Shown piece after piece: positions 50,348 through 61,100 of a stretch of DNA of 64,000 nucleotides. The notes beneath the pieces were generated by a model. That model did not search any database. It saw nothing but the letters and a program-made list of their open reading frames with translations, and was not told where the DNA came from. Origin of the DNA: Candidatus Kapaibacterium sp. (lineage in GTDB: Bacteria; Bacteroidota; Ignavibacteria; Kapaibacteriales; UBA2268); the NCBI GenBank assembly GCA_963664875.1, contig OY761611.1, positions 640,001-704,000 on the forward strand, written 5' to 3'. Position numbers and translations under genes: made by a program. Every line of letters begins with the position of its first letter. Position 1 is the first letter of the stretch.

Positions 50348-52467
50348 ATCATTCCGAATCTTTTTCTTAAAAACCACTCTACAGAAAGCAAAATCATTAC
50401 CAGAGATAAAAGATAAACAGAGTTCCAGAGGTTTATTTCGGTTGTAGTGCTTATTTGCTTGTCTTGACCGGGATAATTTGTTTTTATAATAGACAATAAT
50501 GAATCTGTTTCGGTAATGTGTAAATACCTTCCGCTTGAGTTCTGAGCAAGTTTTTCGAGCAAAGACTTGTTGAGACCATAATTCCTGTTTTCTAACTGCA
50601 ATTGCTCGACAGTAAAAGAAGTAGAAGCATTTAATTTACTCTTATTATTCAAACTTGCTTCTGCTTTGACAGAATAATCACCAACCGGGATACCTTCTAC
50701 ATTTACCAAATATCTACCATTAGTTAGACTTTTTAGTGTGAGTTCTTTTTTGAACTTGCTATTTTGTATCACTACTTCAATAGAAGCATTGTCCAGTGGT
50801 TCGTATTTTTCGTCATAAAGCTGTGCATTTATTTCTATCATCTCACTATTTTGATAAACGTTTCTGTTTGTATTAACAACAAATCTTTCCATTCTATCGG
50901 AAATAGAGAGCCATTTAAAAACATTAGAAATCATATTTGAATAAAATGTATTCTGTGTTTCTTGCTTAGATGAAAAATCTGCCAACTGCCAACGATAAAG
51001 CCCATAAACTAAAAACGCCCAGCTTCTCGACTTGCCGTTTGTTTTACTAAGTATAGTAGGTTCGTCGATTACAGTATTATTTACTTGGAAAGTAGAATAA
51101 GATGTCGCATCGGGCTTTGCTTTGTAAAAACTTTCGGTTTTGAATACCGGTGGCAAATCATCAGCAATTTCTTTGATGTCGTAATCGTAAGAAGCAAAAA
51201 CAGTATTGGAGAGTGCATTATCATTAAATAGTACATTTGCGGCATATTCATTACGAGAATCAGAAACGATACTGAATGGTAAATAGCTTTCAATATTTTT
51301 GAGTTTTGATTTAGATATATGTTTGCCGGCTATATACAAGACAGATTTTCCTTTTGCAAGTTCATCACCTATCTGTTGGATTACCCTATCATCAATAATA
51401 TTAGAAGGAAAATCAATCAGAACAAATACATCTGTCTCTGCTATATCTTTAGAGTTTGGCACAGAATACCAAGAATTGCCATCTTTTTTGATAAACTCTT
51501 TAATGTTATATTGTTTAGATTTTTCAATTTGCTGTTTCAGAAAAGAGAGATCAGGGCTCGGAGAGTGAGCAAAAATGGAAATAGTCTTTTTGTTATCGAG
51601 CAAATCAATATATTCGGTTATCTTATTATTTTCGATACTTATCTCATTGGAAATAGTATCAATCTCGACCACAACTTTCTTTTTACCGGGGATAGAATCT
51701 CTATAAGTAAACTCTGCGATATGTTCAGTGATGTCGGGATTTATTGAAATTTTTTTACTCGCATATTTTCTGTTGTTTACAACCAAATTGACATTTACAG
51801 AATCTTTAGAGACTTCTACCGCTCTAAACCTACATAGGATTGGCACGTCATTATTCACATAAGCAAAATCATTTTTTAGAACAGACTGAGCAATCAGATC
51901 AGTTTTCTGAACCGGATTACCTACACCAATAGAAATAACTGGGATATTGCCATTTTCAGCTGCATATTGAGGATTTATTCCTTTATTGAAAGCTCCGTCT
52001 GAGACAATTATAATATTGCTAATATTATGATTTTGCTCTATCTCTCTCGATTTCTCGAAGATTTTAGACATATCAGTATATTGTCCGCTAAATGAGATAC
52101 TGTCTGCTGTTTTGACCTCACTGTCGAAGCAGAATTTATCTGCAGGTAATTCATCGAGCATTTCTATTACATTTTCGATTTGCTCAGAATTATTGCTTTC
52201 AACATTTACGGAAGCACTGTTATCAATAAATATCAAAGACTTAGGCGATTCTAATTCATTTCGCGAAATGGTCAGAGTAGGCTCAAAAATAATCAGCAAT
52301 AAGATTATAAGAGACAATAATCTCAAAGTGCTTAAAACAATTTTTTTTGATTTTGAGACATTCGGAATTGTTCTTTTATAATAATATAAGCTTATGGAAA
52401 TAGCCAAAATAGATAATAGACCAAAAATCCATGGAGAATTTTGGAAAGCAAAATTTATATCAGTCAT
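50344..52467 (-). CDS. Membrane-anchored vWA/Ig-domain protein
   Basis: N-terminal TM pair, MIDAS DNSAS, VSDG, C-terminal LSVEWFLRKRFGMI. Confidence 0.75.
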   Translation of the reverse strand: MTDINFAFQNSPWIFGLLSILAISISLYYYKRTIPNVSKSKKIVLSTLRLLSLIILLLIIFEPTLTISRNELESPKSLIFIDNSASVNVESNNSEQIENVIEMLDELPADKFCFDSEVKTADSISFSGQYTDMSKIFEKSREIEQNHNISNIIIVSDGAFNKGINPQYAAENGNIPVISIGVGNPVQKTDLIAQSVLKNDFAYVNNDVPILCRFRAVEVSKDSVNVNLVVNNRKYASKKISINPDITEHIAEFTYRDSIPGKKKVVVEIDTISNEISIENNKITEYIDLLDNKKTISIFAHSPSPDLSFLKQQIEKSKQYNIKEFIKKDGNSWYSVPNSKDIAETDVFVLIDFPSNIIDDRVIQQIGDELAKGKSVLYIAGKHISKSKLKNIESYLPFSIVSDSRNEYAANVLFNDNALSNTVFASYDYDIKEIADDLPPVFKTESFYKAKPDATSYSTFQVNNTVIDEPTILSKTNGKSRSWAFLVYGLYRWQLADFSSKQETQNTFYSNMISNVFKWLSISDRMERFVVNTNRNVYQNSEMIEINAQLYDEKYEPLDNASIEVVIQNSKFKKELTLKSLTNGRYLVNVEGIPVGDYSVKAEASLNNKSKLNASTSFTVEQLQLENRNYGLNKSLLEKLAQNSSGRYLHITETDSLLSIIKTNYPGQDKQISTTTEINLWNSVYLLSLVMILLSVEWFLRKRFGMI

Positions 52468-52593
52468 GTCTTCTCAATTTATATATACAAACAAAAGCAA
52501 ATATATTAAATTTCTACATCAATAACGCTTTACAACAGCTTTTTATTTGCTTTCTTGTATAATATTTGTGTTGCACAGTTCAGACTAAATAAT

Positions 52594-52601
52594 TAAGTTT
52601 G
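52594..52601 (+). promoter_or_regulatory. -7 promoter box (TAAGTTTG) for tRNA-Pro
   Basis: TAnnTTTG 11 nt before the tRNA, with a TTG 20 nt upstream. Confidence 0.6.
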
Positions 52602-52612
52602 TATCGCATTTT

Positions 52613-52686
52613 CGGGGTGTAGCTCAGCCCGGTAGAGTACTACGTTCGGGACGTAGGAGTCGCAGGTTCAAATCCTGTCACCCCGA
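52613..52686 (+). tRNA. tRNA-Pro (anticodon CGG), CCA not encoded
   Basis: Acceptor stem CGGGGTG/CACCCCG, D-arm AGCTCAGCCCGGTAGAGT, anticodon arm CTACG-TTCGGGA-CGTAG, T-loop GGTTCAAATCC. Confidence 0.96.
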
Positions 52687-52694
52687 CAAACTTA

Positions 52695-54281
52695 TTACTT
52701 AGTTGGAAGTGCTAATACAAACTCAGCACCTTCACCTAAAATGCTGTTACAATATACTTTCCCACCCATCATATCTGCTAATTTTTTTACAATAGAAAGT
52801 CCCAATCCTGTAGAGTGTTCTCCACCTGTAGGTCTTGCAGAAAGTCTGGAGAATTTTTTAAATAATTTTTTCTGATCTTCTTCTGATATACCCGGGCCTT
52901 CATCTTTCACAGAAAAGTAGTTATAGTTTTCGTCAAAATAGAATTTTACATATATCTTTTTTCCGAGAGGTGAGTATTTTATTGCATTTGAAACCAAATT
53001 GTCTAACATTTGGATGCAATAAGTCCTGTCGCAATAGATTTTATAGTCGTAATCAATATCGCAAAGTATTTCAATATTCTTTTGCGAAGCATTATCAATG
53101 TGATGTTTCATTGATTGATACAGGACATCTCTAAGAGAGTAAACTTCCGGATTAATATGAATTTTGCCTTCTTCGATAGCGTTTACATCGAGTAGATTTT
53201 TTATCAAATCAAACATTCTCTCTGATGTTTCTAATATATCATTAGAAAACTCTTTTATTTCTGCATCCGACAAGGTGTCGTCTTCGCATAAAAATTTGGC
53301 AAGCATTTTAATACTCGACAAAGGATTTTTCAAATCGTGGGCTGCCACACCCAAAATTTCATTTTTCTCCTGATTAAGTTTGCGCAAATCAATAGTCCTT
53401 TCTTCCACCTCTTTTTCTAATCGGGTATTATACTCTTTAAGTAAAGTTTCAGCGTTTTTTCTAATAGAAATATCCCTCAAAATTACAGTGAAGTATTGTG
53501 TATCTTGAATATTGAATTTGCTTAAAGAAATATCAACCGGGAAGATTTTTTTATCCTTTCTTACTGCTTCTGCTTCGTAGCCGTCGATATTTATTTTCAA
53601 TTTGTCTTCAGCGTTATCTTCGACTGAAATTATTTCTAAGGATTTTATCTGTTCGGTAAAGAGTGCATAAAAATGGTTACCAACAATTTCTTTTGCAGAA
53701 TAACCAAATAGAATTTCTGTAGCAGGATTGACAGACTCAATAATTAGAGATTTATCAAGTGTCAAAATAGCATCATGAGCCGTATTTACTATTGCATAGT
53801 TTCTTGCCAAGGATTCTTGTAAATTTAGTTCTGTTCTTTCCAAATCATTATTTTTCTTTCTGATTTCAAGTATGTCATTTCTTGTCTTTTCAATTGTAAT
53901 AGTTAAATCGTCAAAATCAATAGGCTTAGTTACAAAGTCATAGGCACCACGATTCATGGCAGTACGAATATTCTTCATGTCACCATAAGCTGAGACAATT
54001 ATTGCCTTCATAAGACCATCTAATCGATTTAAATGGTTTAGCAGAGTCAAGCCGTCCATCTTCGGCATATTAATATCAGAAATTACGATTTCGATATCAG
54101 GATTTGAATTGAGTTGAGTAAGTGCCTCTTCCCCATTGCCGGCAAAAAGAAACTCATACAAACCCTGTTTAATTTGCTTTCTGAATTTGAGTTTTATCAT
54201 GCCCTCGACATCTGGTTCGTCATCTACTAAAAGTATTTTTGTAGGTAAATTTTGATAGCCTTCCATTCTACGATTTTCCAT
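52695..54281 (-). CDS. Hybrid REC-PAS-histidine kinase
   Basis: LVDDE, SDINMP, TKP receiver; [15 protein letters not shown]...ILRDIS; H-box AAHDLKNPL; N-box [10 protein letters not shown]; GLGLSI. Confidence 0.93.
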   Translation of the reverse strand: MENRRMEGYQNLPTKILLVDDEPDVEGMIKLKFRKQIKQGLYEFLFAGNGEEALTQLNSNPDIEIVISDINMPKMDGLTLLNHLNRLDGLMKAIIVSAYGDMKNIRTAMNRGAYDFVTKPIDFDDLTITIEKTRNDILEIRKKNNDLERTELNLQESLARNYAIVNTAHDAILTLDKSLIIESVNPATEILFGYSAKEIVGNHFYALFTEQIKSLEIISVEDNAEDKLKINIDGYEAEAVRKDKKIFPVDISLSKFNIQDTQYFTVILRDISIRKNAETLLKEYNTRLEKEVEERTIDLRKLNQEKNEILGVAAHDLKNPLSSIKMLAKFLCEDDTLSDAEIKEFSNDILETSERMFDLIKNLLDVNAIEEGKIHINPEVYSLRDVLYQSMKHHIDNASQKNIEILCDIDYDYKIYCDRTYCIQMLDNLVSNAIKYSPLGKKIYVKFYFDENYNYFSVKDEGPGISEEDQKKLFKKFSRLSARPTGGEHSTGLGLSIVKKLADMMGGKVYCNSILGEGAEFVLALPTK

Positions 54282-54282
54282 A

Positions 54283-55443
54283 TTATTCTATAATATTTTT
54301 CGGAATATGTATTTTACATATAGTACCATTTTCTTCTTTAGAAGCTAAAGAGACTTCACCATCTAATAAATCAACACATTTTTTCACAATGTGCAAGCCT
54401 AAGCCGGCACCTGGAATCGAGCTCACATTTTTACCTCTTTTATAAGGTTCAAATATATTCGGAATGTCATTTTTGCTAATCCCAATTCCGGAATCTTCGA
54501 CTATAATAATGTAATGTGTTAGTATATTTCTAATTATTACCTTGATTTGGCTATTAACAGGAGAATATTTAAAAGCATTAGATAGTACATTAGCAATTGC
54601 CATTTTCAGAATCGTTTCGTTTCCATAGTAATAATCTGCGATACCCTCTGCATCGAAGTGTATTTTGTGTTTAGAGTTATCAGCTAATTTCATCTCATAA
54701 AGCATAGACCATATCAAATCTTTTATATCAATTTTAGCCTTTTGATTTGTGTAATCCTCGAAATCTAATTTGCTGATTTTTATCACATCGTCTAAGAGCT
54801 TCGCCATAAACTTTACAGAAGCTTTAATCCCAAAAAGAAACTTTTCCATTTCATTTTCTACGCCATTTTTGGCGTATAAATTTTGAATAATATCTGCTGA
54901 CGACTGTATTACAGTTAACGGATTGCGATATTCATAAGAAACCATCGAAAACAAACTGTCTTTTAGCGAATTTAGCTTCTCTTCCTGCTTTTTCTTTTGT
55001 TCTATCTGATAGTCTAAATCTCTGATTCTTTGATTTGCAATTTTTTTCTTTTTAACTCTTTGAATTGTTCTATCTAAAGTACTTTGGAACTCTTGAAAAT
55101 CTATTGGTTTAGAAAGATAGTCATAAGCTCCGTAATTCATTGCTTTTCTTACATTTGCCATTTCACTGTATGCAGTAAGCATTATTACGTCAAAATCAGG
55201 CATAGTGCCGTCTATTTTTGATAGTAATGTGATACCATCCATTACAGGCATATTGATATCTAAGACAATAACATCCAAATCTGTGTTCTTCGATACAATT
55301 TCCAAAGCTTCTTCGCCATTTGAAGCAAAGATTAGCTGATACTCTCCCGTTTTAACCTTATTCCTTAGCTTCAATTCCATAAGCCCTTTCAAGTCAGGCT
55401 CGTCATCGACAAGCAATATTTTTGTTATGTCTTTCATCATCAT
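54283..55443 (-). CDS. REC-histidine kinase-like protein with His-to-Tyr H-box
   Basis: Intact receiver (LVDDE, LDINMP, SKP); H-box reads VSYEYRNPL; N, G1, F and G2 boxes present ([26 protein letters not shown]). Confidence 0.88.
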   Translation of the reverse strand: MMMKDITKILLVDDEPDLKGLMELKLRNKVKTGEYQLIFASNGEEALEIVSKNTDLDVIVLDINMPVMDGITLLSKIDGTMPDFDVIMLTAYSEMANVRKAMNYGAYDYLSKPIDFQEFQSTLDRTIQRVKKKKIANQRIRDLDYQIEQKKKQEEKLNSLKDSLFSMVSYEYRNPLTVIQSSADIIQNLYAKNGVENEMEKFLFGIKASVKFMAKLLDDVIKISKLDFEDYTNQKAKIDIKDLIWSMLYEMKLADNSKHKIHFDAEGIADYYYGNETILKMAIANVLSNAFKYSPVNSQIKVIIRNILTHYIIIVEDSGIGISKNDIPNIFEPYKRGKNVSSIPGAGLGLHIVKKCVDLLDGEVSLASKEENGTICKIHIPKNIIE

Positions 55444-55448
55444 TTAAG

Positions 55449-57836
55449 TTATGCTTTAGGTAATTTTATAATAAATTCTGTATAATCATCTACCACGCTA
55501 TCTACTTCTATGGTACCTCCATGAGCCTGAATCACATCAAAACTTAGCGACAAGCCTAAGCCTGTACCTTCACCGGTAGGTTTTGTTGTGAAAAACGGAT
55601 TGAATATTTTGTCCAATTTGTCTTTTGGAATACCGGTTCCATTGTCTTTCAGTCTTATCTCAATATTATCTTCTACAGATTTGGTATTTATTTCAATTTT
55701 CGGTTTGAAAGTATCGTTTTCAGAAGTTTTCCTTTTCATCATTGCATAGCAAGCATTGTCGATTATATTAGTCACTACTCTGCTCAAATCTTGCTGGAAT
55801 ATAGGAATATCCACATTAGAATCTTCATGCAAATACTTAATCTCTGCATTAAAATCATTGTACTGAGTTCTAAATCCTTTGAATGACAGATTTGCATTTT
55901 CTTCGAGAAAAGCAGCTATGTTTGTTTTTTCTTTGTAACCCGCAGATTCTCTGGAATGATTCATCATCGATTTTACAATTTTGTCTATTCGGATACTGTT
56001 TTTTTGAATCGTATCAAGGTAAGTCATTATATCTTCTGCTATTTCATCAACTAATTCTTTGATAGAAGAAGGATTTTCCTGTGCATCGTTGATAAAATCC
56101 TGCCACAGCTCGACAGTGCCTTCTGCGTAATTTTTAATAAAATTGAGCGGATTTTTAATTTCATGTGCGACACCGGCAGTCAGCTGACCAAGAGAGGCCA
56201 TTTTTTCGGCTTGGATTAGTTGCTTTTGTGTTTTTTTCAAAACATCATTCGATTTTCTGATTTCTTCGTAGGATACTGCATTTTGTATTGCAATAGCAAT
56301 GTAAGATGCAAGATTTCGCAGCATTTCTATGTTGTAATCGCCAAAGGCATTTACCTTATTATTTTCTATTGCAAGTAGCCCAATGGTTTTACTGTTGTAT
56401 GAAATAGGCAGATAAAGACACGAATTGGTAGCCGGATTCATTAGCTCGATAGCATTGTCACTTATCAGACCGGAATACTTAGACAGGTCATTTATTTTTC
56501 TGTGGACATCATCGATAATAATCTCTTGTCCAAAAGTCAAACACATTACGTCTAAACGATTGCCCTGCTGCATTTTTATCTGATAATTTTGCTCTCTTTT
56601 GGAATTAGATATCACAAGGCGATAGTCAATTATCTCAGATATTTCATCGTAAAGACCGATTGCAAAAGTAGATGCCTCGGTTATCGAACCAAGATGTGTG
56701 TATAATTGATTAAAAATGCTATCGTATGTAATTGCAGTTGTGATTGATTTTCCAATTTCAGACAGTAAACTAATGTTTTTGATAGATAGCTTCAAATCCT
56801 CAGCAATCTTAGATAGTTCAGCATTTTTGTTTTCAACTTCTTTTTGCTGCGTCACTATTGTATCGTTTGATATTTTAATGTTATTTGCCATATCATTAAA
56901 CACAGATGCCAATCTTCCAACTTCGTCTTTTGTTTCCACCTTAACTTGAGTGTCGTATTTTCCATTAGCTATTTCAGTAGCTGCTTTTTGCAACTCTCGG
57001 ATTGGTTTGACAATAGTTCTTGCTATAAACATTGATAAGAATATACCAATTAACAAAGTAATACCGATTGCGGAATATTGGATTCTTTGGCTCTTTTCTG
57101 CTTTAACTTCCTGCTCGAGCACAATTTTATTCAAATCATCTTCAAGAGTATTTTCCATTTTGGTCAGCTTTACTTCGAGTTCCGATAAGCCTTTGAAAAC
57201 TATCACCAGTTGGCTGAAATTGTATTTATATGTATTCGCTAATTTTATAATGTCTTTGATTTTGCTATTTTTTTTATATTCTGCCTGAGAAATGAGGTCG
57301 TTCAATGCTGCATTCACCTTCTCAATATACTTCTCATGGCGACGCATTATATAATCTTTCTCGCTTCTTCTGGCTTGTAGCATATACATTAGAAGCTGAT
57401 AATCATTTAATGATTGGAGTATCTGCTCAATATCATGAACACTGCGTCTGAACTTCCCTTCTACTCCCGAATCTTCATTTATACCTCTTTTTATCATCAA
57501 ATCAGTATATTCGTCATAGAGTGATTTGTACTCTTTAACTTTGACAAGCAGTTCGCCTGCCATATCATCTTCTTTTTGAATAGTTTCGAGTATTGATACA
57601 ATTTTAGAATGCTTTTCTGCAAAGGAAGTATTTAATCCAAGATCTTTCTTTTTAGAAAACTCATGTCTGTTTTGATAATTCTTCAATAGCAAAGTTTCTA
57701 CCTTGCGATAGGTATCTCGTTGATTTTGAATATTAACTACGGTGAACCCTATTAATGCAACAACAATAAGTAAGACTTCCAACGATATTGCTAATATTAG
57801 CATTTTGCCGTACAAAGAATTACGTAACTTTTCCAA
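55449..57836 (-). CDS. Membrane sensor histidine kinase (periplasmic helical bundle-HAMP-GAF-HisKA-HATPase)
   Basis: Two TMs, LQARRSEKDY, HAMP DEVGRLASVFNDM, GAF, EKMASLGQLTAGVAHEIKNPL, PFFTTKPTGEGTGLGL. TTG start uncertain. Confidence 0.93.
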   Translation of the reverse strand: MEKLRNSLYGKMLILAISLEVLLIVVALIGFTVVNIQNQRDTYRKVETLLLKNYQNRHEFSKKKDLGLNTSFAEKHSKIVSILETIQKEDDMAGELLVKVKEYKSLYDEYTDLMIKRGINEDSGVEGKFRRSVHDIEQILQSLNDYQLLMYMLQARRSEKDYIMRRHEKYIEKVNAALNDLISQAEYKKNSKIKDIIKLANTYKYNFSQLVIVFKGLSELEVKLTKMENTLEDDLNKIVLEQEVKAEKSQRIQYSAIGITLLIGIFLSMFIARTIVKPIRELQKAATEIANGKYDTQVKVETKDEVGRLASVFNDMANNIKISNDTIVTQQKEVENKNAELSKIAEDLKLSIKNISLLSEIGKSITTAITYDSIFNQLYTHLGSITEASTFAIGLYDEISEIIDYRLVISNSKREQNYQIKMQQGNRLDVMCLTFGQEIIIDDVHRKINDLSKYSGLISDNAIELMNPATNSCLYLPISYNSKTIGLLAIENNKVNAFGDYNIEMLRNLASYIAIAIQNAVSYEEIRKSNDVLKKTQKQLIQAEKMASLGQLTAGVAHEIKNPLNFIKNYAEGTVELWQDFINDAQENPSSIKELVDEIAEDIMTYLDTIQKNSIRIDKIVKSMMNHSRESAGYKEKTNIAAFLEENANLSFKGFRTQYNDFNAEIKYLHEDSNVDIPIFQQDLSRVVTNIIDNACYAMMKRKTSENDTFKPKIEINTKSVEDNIEIRLKDNGTGIPKDKLDKIFNPFFTTKPTGEGTGLGLSLSFDVIQAHGGTIEVDSVVDDYTEFIIKLPKA

Positions 57837-58124
57837 CTAAAAACTCCGGGATTTGTGGGTATGCAATATTAGACATTTAGTGTTAAGTATAGATAAGGGT
57901 GATGTTAAGCATTGATAAAATTCATTTTTATATGGTGAATATCCTACATTTTTTACAACACTGTTTGATAATATCCAATTTGTCGATGTATCACAAACTC
58001 CATTAACCACATCGAAAGCCCTAAATGCCTGATTCCATGGGATAAACTGAATATACTTGCATTGTTTGGCTCAATTTTTTATTGATAGCTCCGATGTATA
58101 GTGTAACATAAGTATCCTTAACTA

Positions 58125-61100
58125 ATGAAATATATTATCTACATAATACTACTTTTTGTCTTAGTGATGGAAATGACCGGCACTCCACTATCCGGTGTCA
58201 TTTCTAAGAATATGACTTTGAAAAAAACTGACTCTCCTTTCGAGATTACTTCTGATTTGGTAATAAGTAAAAACTCGAATGTGACTATAGAAAAAGGAGT
58301 CAGATTAGTTATCAATCCTTCTATTAACATTACAGTACTTGGCAGTCTTACTGCATTAGGCAGCGAATCTGAAAACATTACTTTTACTTCCTCTTCTTCT
58401 CAGAACTGGGGAAGTATCATATTTTATGCTGCTTCGGATCAAGATACTTCTCGATTGGAACATGTTTCCTTTCAAAATGGCGGCAGTGCCTACCACCCAC
58501 CATTGATGCTGAAAACTGAAATAGTACCTATCGTAAGCAATATAAACTTTACAAATTGTTCTTTTGATGGTATGGAGTTAGCTCCTTTCGACTTTGTAAA
58601 TATGAAATTGGACAACACTGAAATTAAGCATCTGATACTTAATGATTATATCATTCCATCTGCTTCAGTGCTCAAAATTGAGCAAGGAGTAGAAATTGCA
58701 ATTGCTAATAATATTGATATTGTATGTAAAGGAAGTATAATTGCAAGCGGAAGTTTTTCAAAGCCAATTACTTTCACAAAACTCGATGTAGCAAATTGGG
58801 GTGGCATTTCAATAGAGTCTGCTCTTCTGGAACAATCTGTATTTTCTTTTTGCAATTTATCCTATTTCGGCAATTCTCAATATTCGTCTTATGGCGGGAT
58901 AACAATCGTAAAAGGCTCTGCTTCTATCGAATACTCGTCCTTCCATGATTTCAACCGTTACGCTGTAATCATAAAGAAAGATGGTTTAGCCGACATTGGT
59001 TCAGGCTTTGCCGGCTCAAAAGGGTACAATATTTTCGGAGAACCTAAAACAAATGGGTCAATAATTGTTTCAAATTATTCTGCGAGCAATATTTCAGCAC
59101 GTTATAATTGCTGGGGTACTAATCTTTCGACAGAAATAGATAAAAAAATATTTGATCAGAAAGACAATGCAACTGTTGGGATAGTTGATTATTCTAATTA
59201 TTTAGATGATTGCACAATCTCTGCACCGGATACTCCTGTTTTGGAATTCCCTTTGAATTACTCAAGCGATATGCCTACTAATCTCAAATGTTCATGGTTT
59301 AATGTGCAATCCTCGGATATTTATCATTTCCAAATTTCTGATGACTCAACATTTTCTAATATCGTTAGCTTCAAAGATAATCTTGTAGATACTTTTGCAT
59401 TTGCAAGGAATTTAAAGAACGGAAAAAGATATTTTTGGAGAGCTAAATCAGTTAATTTTGCCGGTGAGAGTAACTGGAGCAATCATTACTCATTCAAAAC
59501 TTTTGACACTACAAAGCCGGAACCACCTCAGATCATTTATCCCAAAAACGGTGGGACTAATATCCCTACTCTTACTTCTGTCAGCTGGACTAAAATAGAA
59601 AATGCAGACAATTACATACTTGCATATTCTAAATATTCTGATTTCAGTAATCCTGAGTATGACACTACAACCAATAACTCTAAAGAAGTAAGTTTGAAAT
59701 TTGATACAAAATATTATATTAAGGTAAAATCCGGTAATTCCAACGGTTGGAGTGCATGGAGCCTTGAAAATAGCTTTACTACAGCTCCATTGTTCTCTTT
59801 TGAAAAAATAAATCTGCCTATCAGCGACGCACCAATCCAAATAGTGCCGTGTTCAATCAATAAGGATGCACTACAAGATATGGCAGTCAGAACAGCCAAT
59901 AAGTTTTATTTATTGCTGAGGAATTCAAATGGTTTTGCGGTTGGATTTCAAGCAGATATTTCTGACTCAGATTTTGACTTTGCAGATTATGACAGCGATG
60001 GTGACTTAGACTTTGTTTATATATCGACAAGCAAAAAAGCTACTTTAGTAAATAATCAGCCCGTAGCCTTTGAGCAAATAGAAACCGGAATAGAAGCTGA
60101 TGCAGATTTTGTGGTATTTTATGATTTCAATAATGATTTATATCAGGATATTATTGTTTTTGAAATCAAACAATTGTCTAATGTTAGACTATTCACAAAT
60201 ATCATTTCAGGATTTGTCCCTGCTTCTAATATTTTGCTTAATTCAAAAATTGACAAGATTTATAGAGATGACTATAACAATGATGGCTTGTCTGATTTAC
60301 TTTTACTCGATAATGCAAAAGCAAATATTGTCAATATAACAGACAGCAAAATTGAAGAATACTCAAGTTTTAATTTTCTGACAAAACCGCATAAAATTAT
60401 TTGTAGAGATATAGACCAGGACAGTTTTAAAGATATTATCAGTATTGAGTTTGACGGGAATATTTCCTGTATCTACAATTACAGCTACTCTAATGATTTT
60501 CAAAGAATGTCTCTTGATAAAAAAATTGGAATAAAAGATTTCGATTTGATAGACCTTTCGAATAATGGGTTTTATGATTTTATCTTTACTTATACTGATT
60601 CAATCGCAATAAAAGAATATGTAAATAATTCCTTTTTTGACTATTACGTTTTAACCGAAAAGAATGATATAAACTATGCCTCGCACATAAAATATGATAA
60701 TAGAAACAATGATTTTATTATATCTTCAAAGAATGAGTATTTCGTTTGTATAAATAATACAGATAGGATAAATCAAGTTCCTAATCCTCCTAATCAACTC
60801 GATTTCAGATTTACTTCTGACAACAAAATTGAACTAATTTGGAAGGGTGCAACTGACCTGGAGTCTTTCGCTTTAGGATACGAGATTTTCGTTTCTAACC
60901 AAACTGACACAATTACTTTTGCTGCATCAAATTATGATGCTTACTATTCAAAATCCAATAAATTCACCTTGGATAATATCAAATCAGGCAGTTACAAATG
61001 GCGAGTTAAAACTCATGACAATACCTTTTTATACTCGCAGCTTTCAGAAGAATCAAGTTTTATAACTCCTGATTTGGTATTACTTCCACCTTCTTCCTGG

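Noticed and set aside
52613-57836. Possible genomic island integrated at tRNA-Pro
   Set aside because: No integrase and no duplicated tRNA 3' end (att site) seen downstream within the window.
57837-58124. Longest intergenic region, checked for an sRNA, small ORF or repeat array
   Set aside because: No convincing ORF, hairpin, repeats or DnaA boxes; consistent with divergent promoters.
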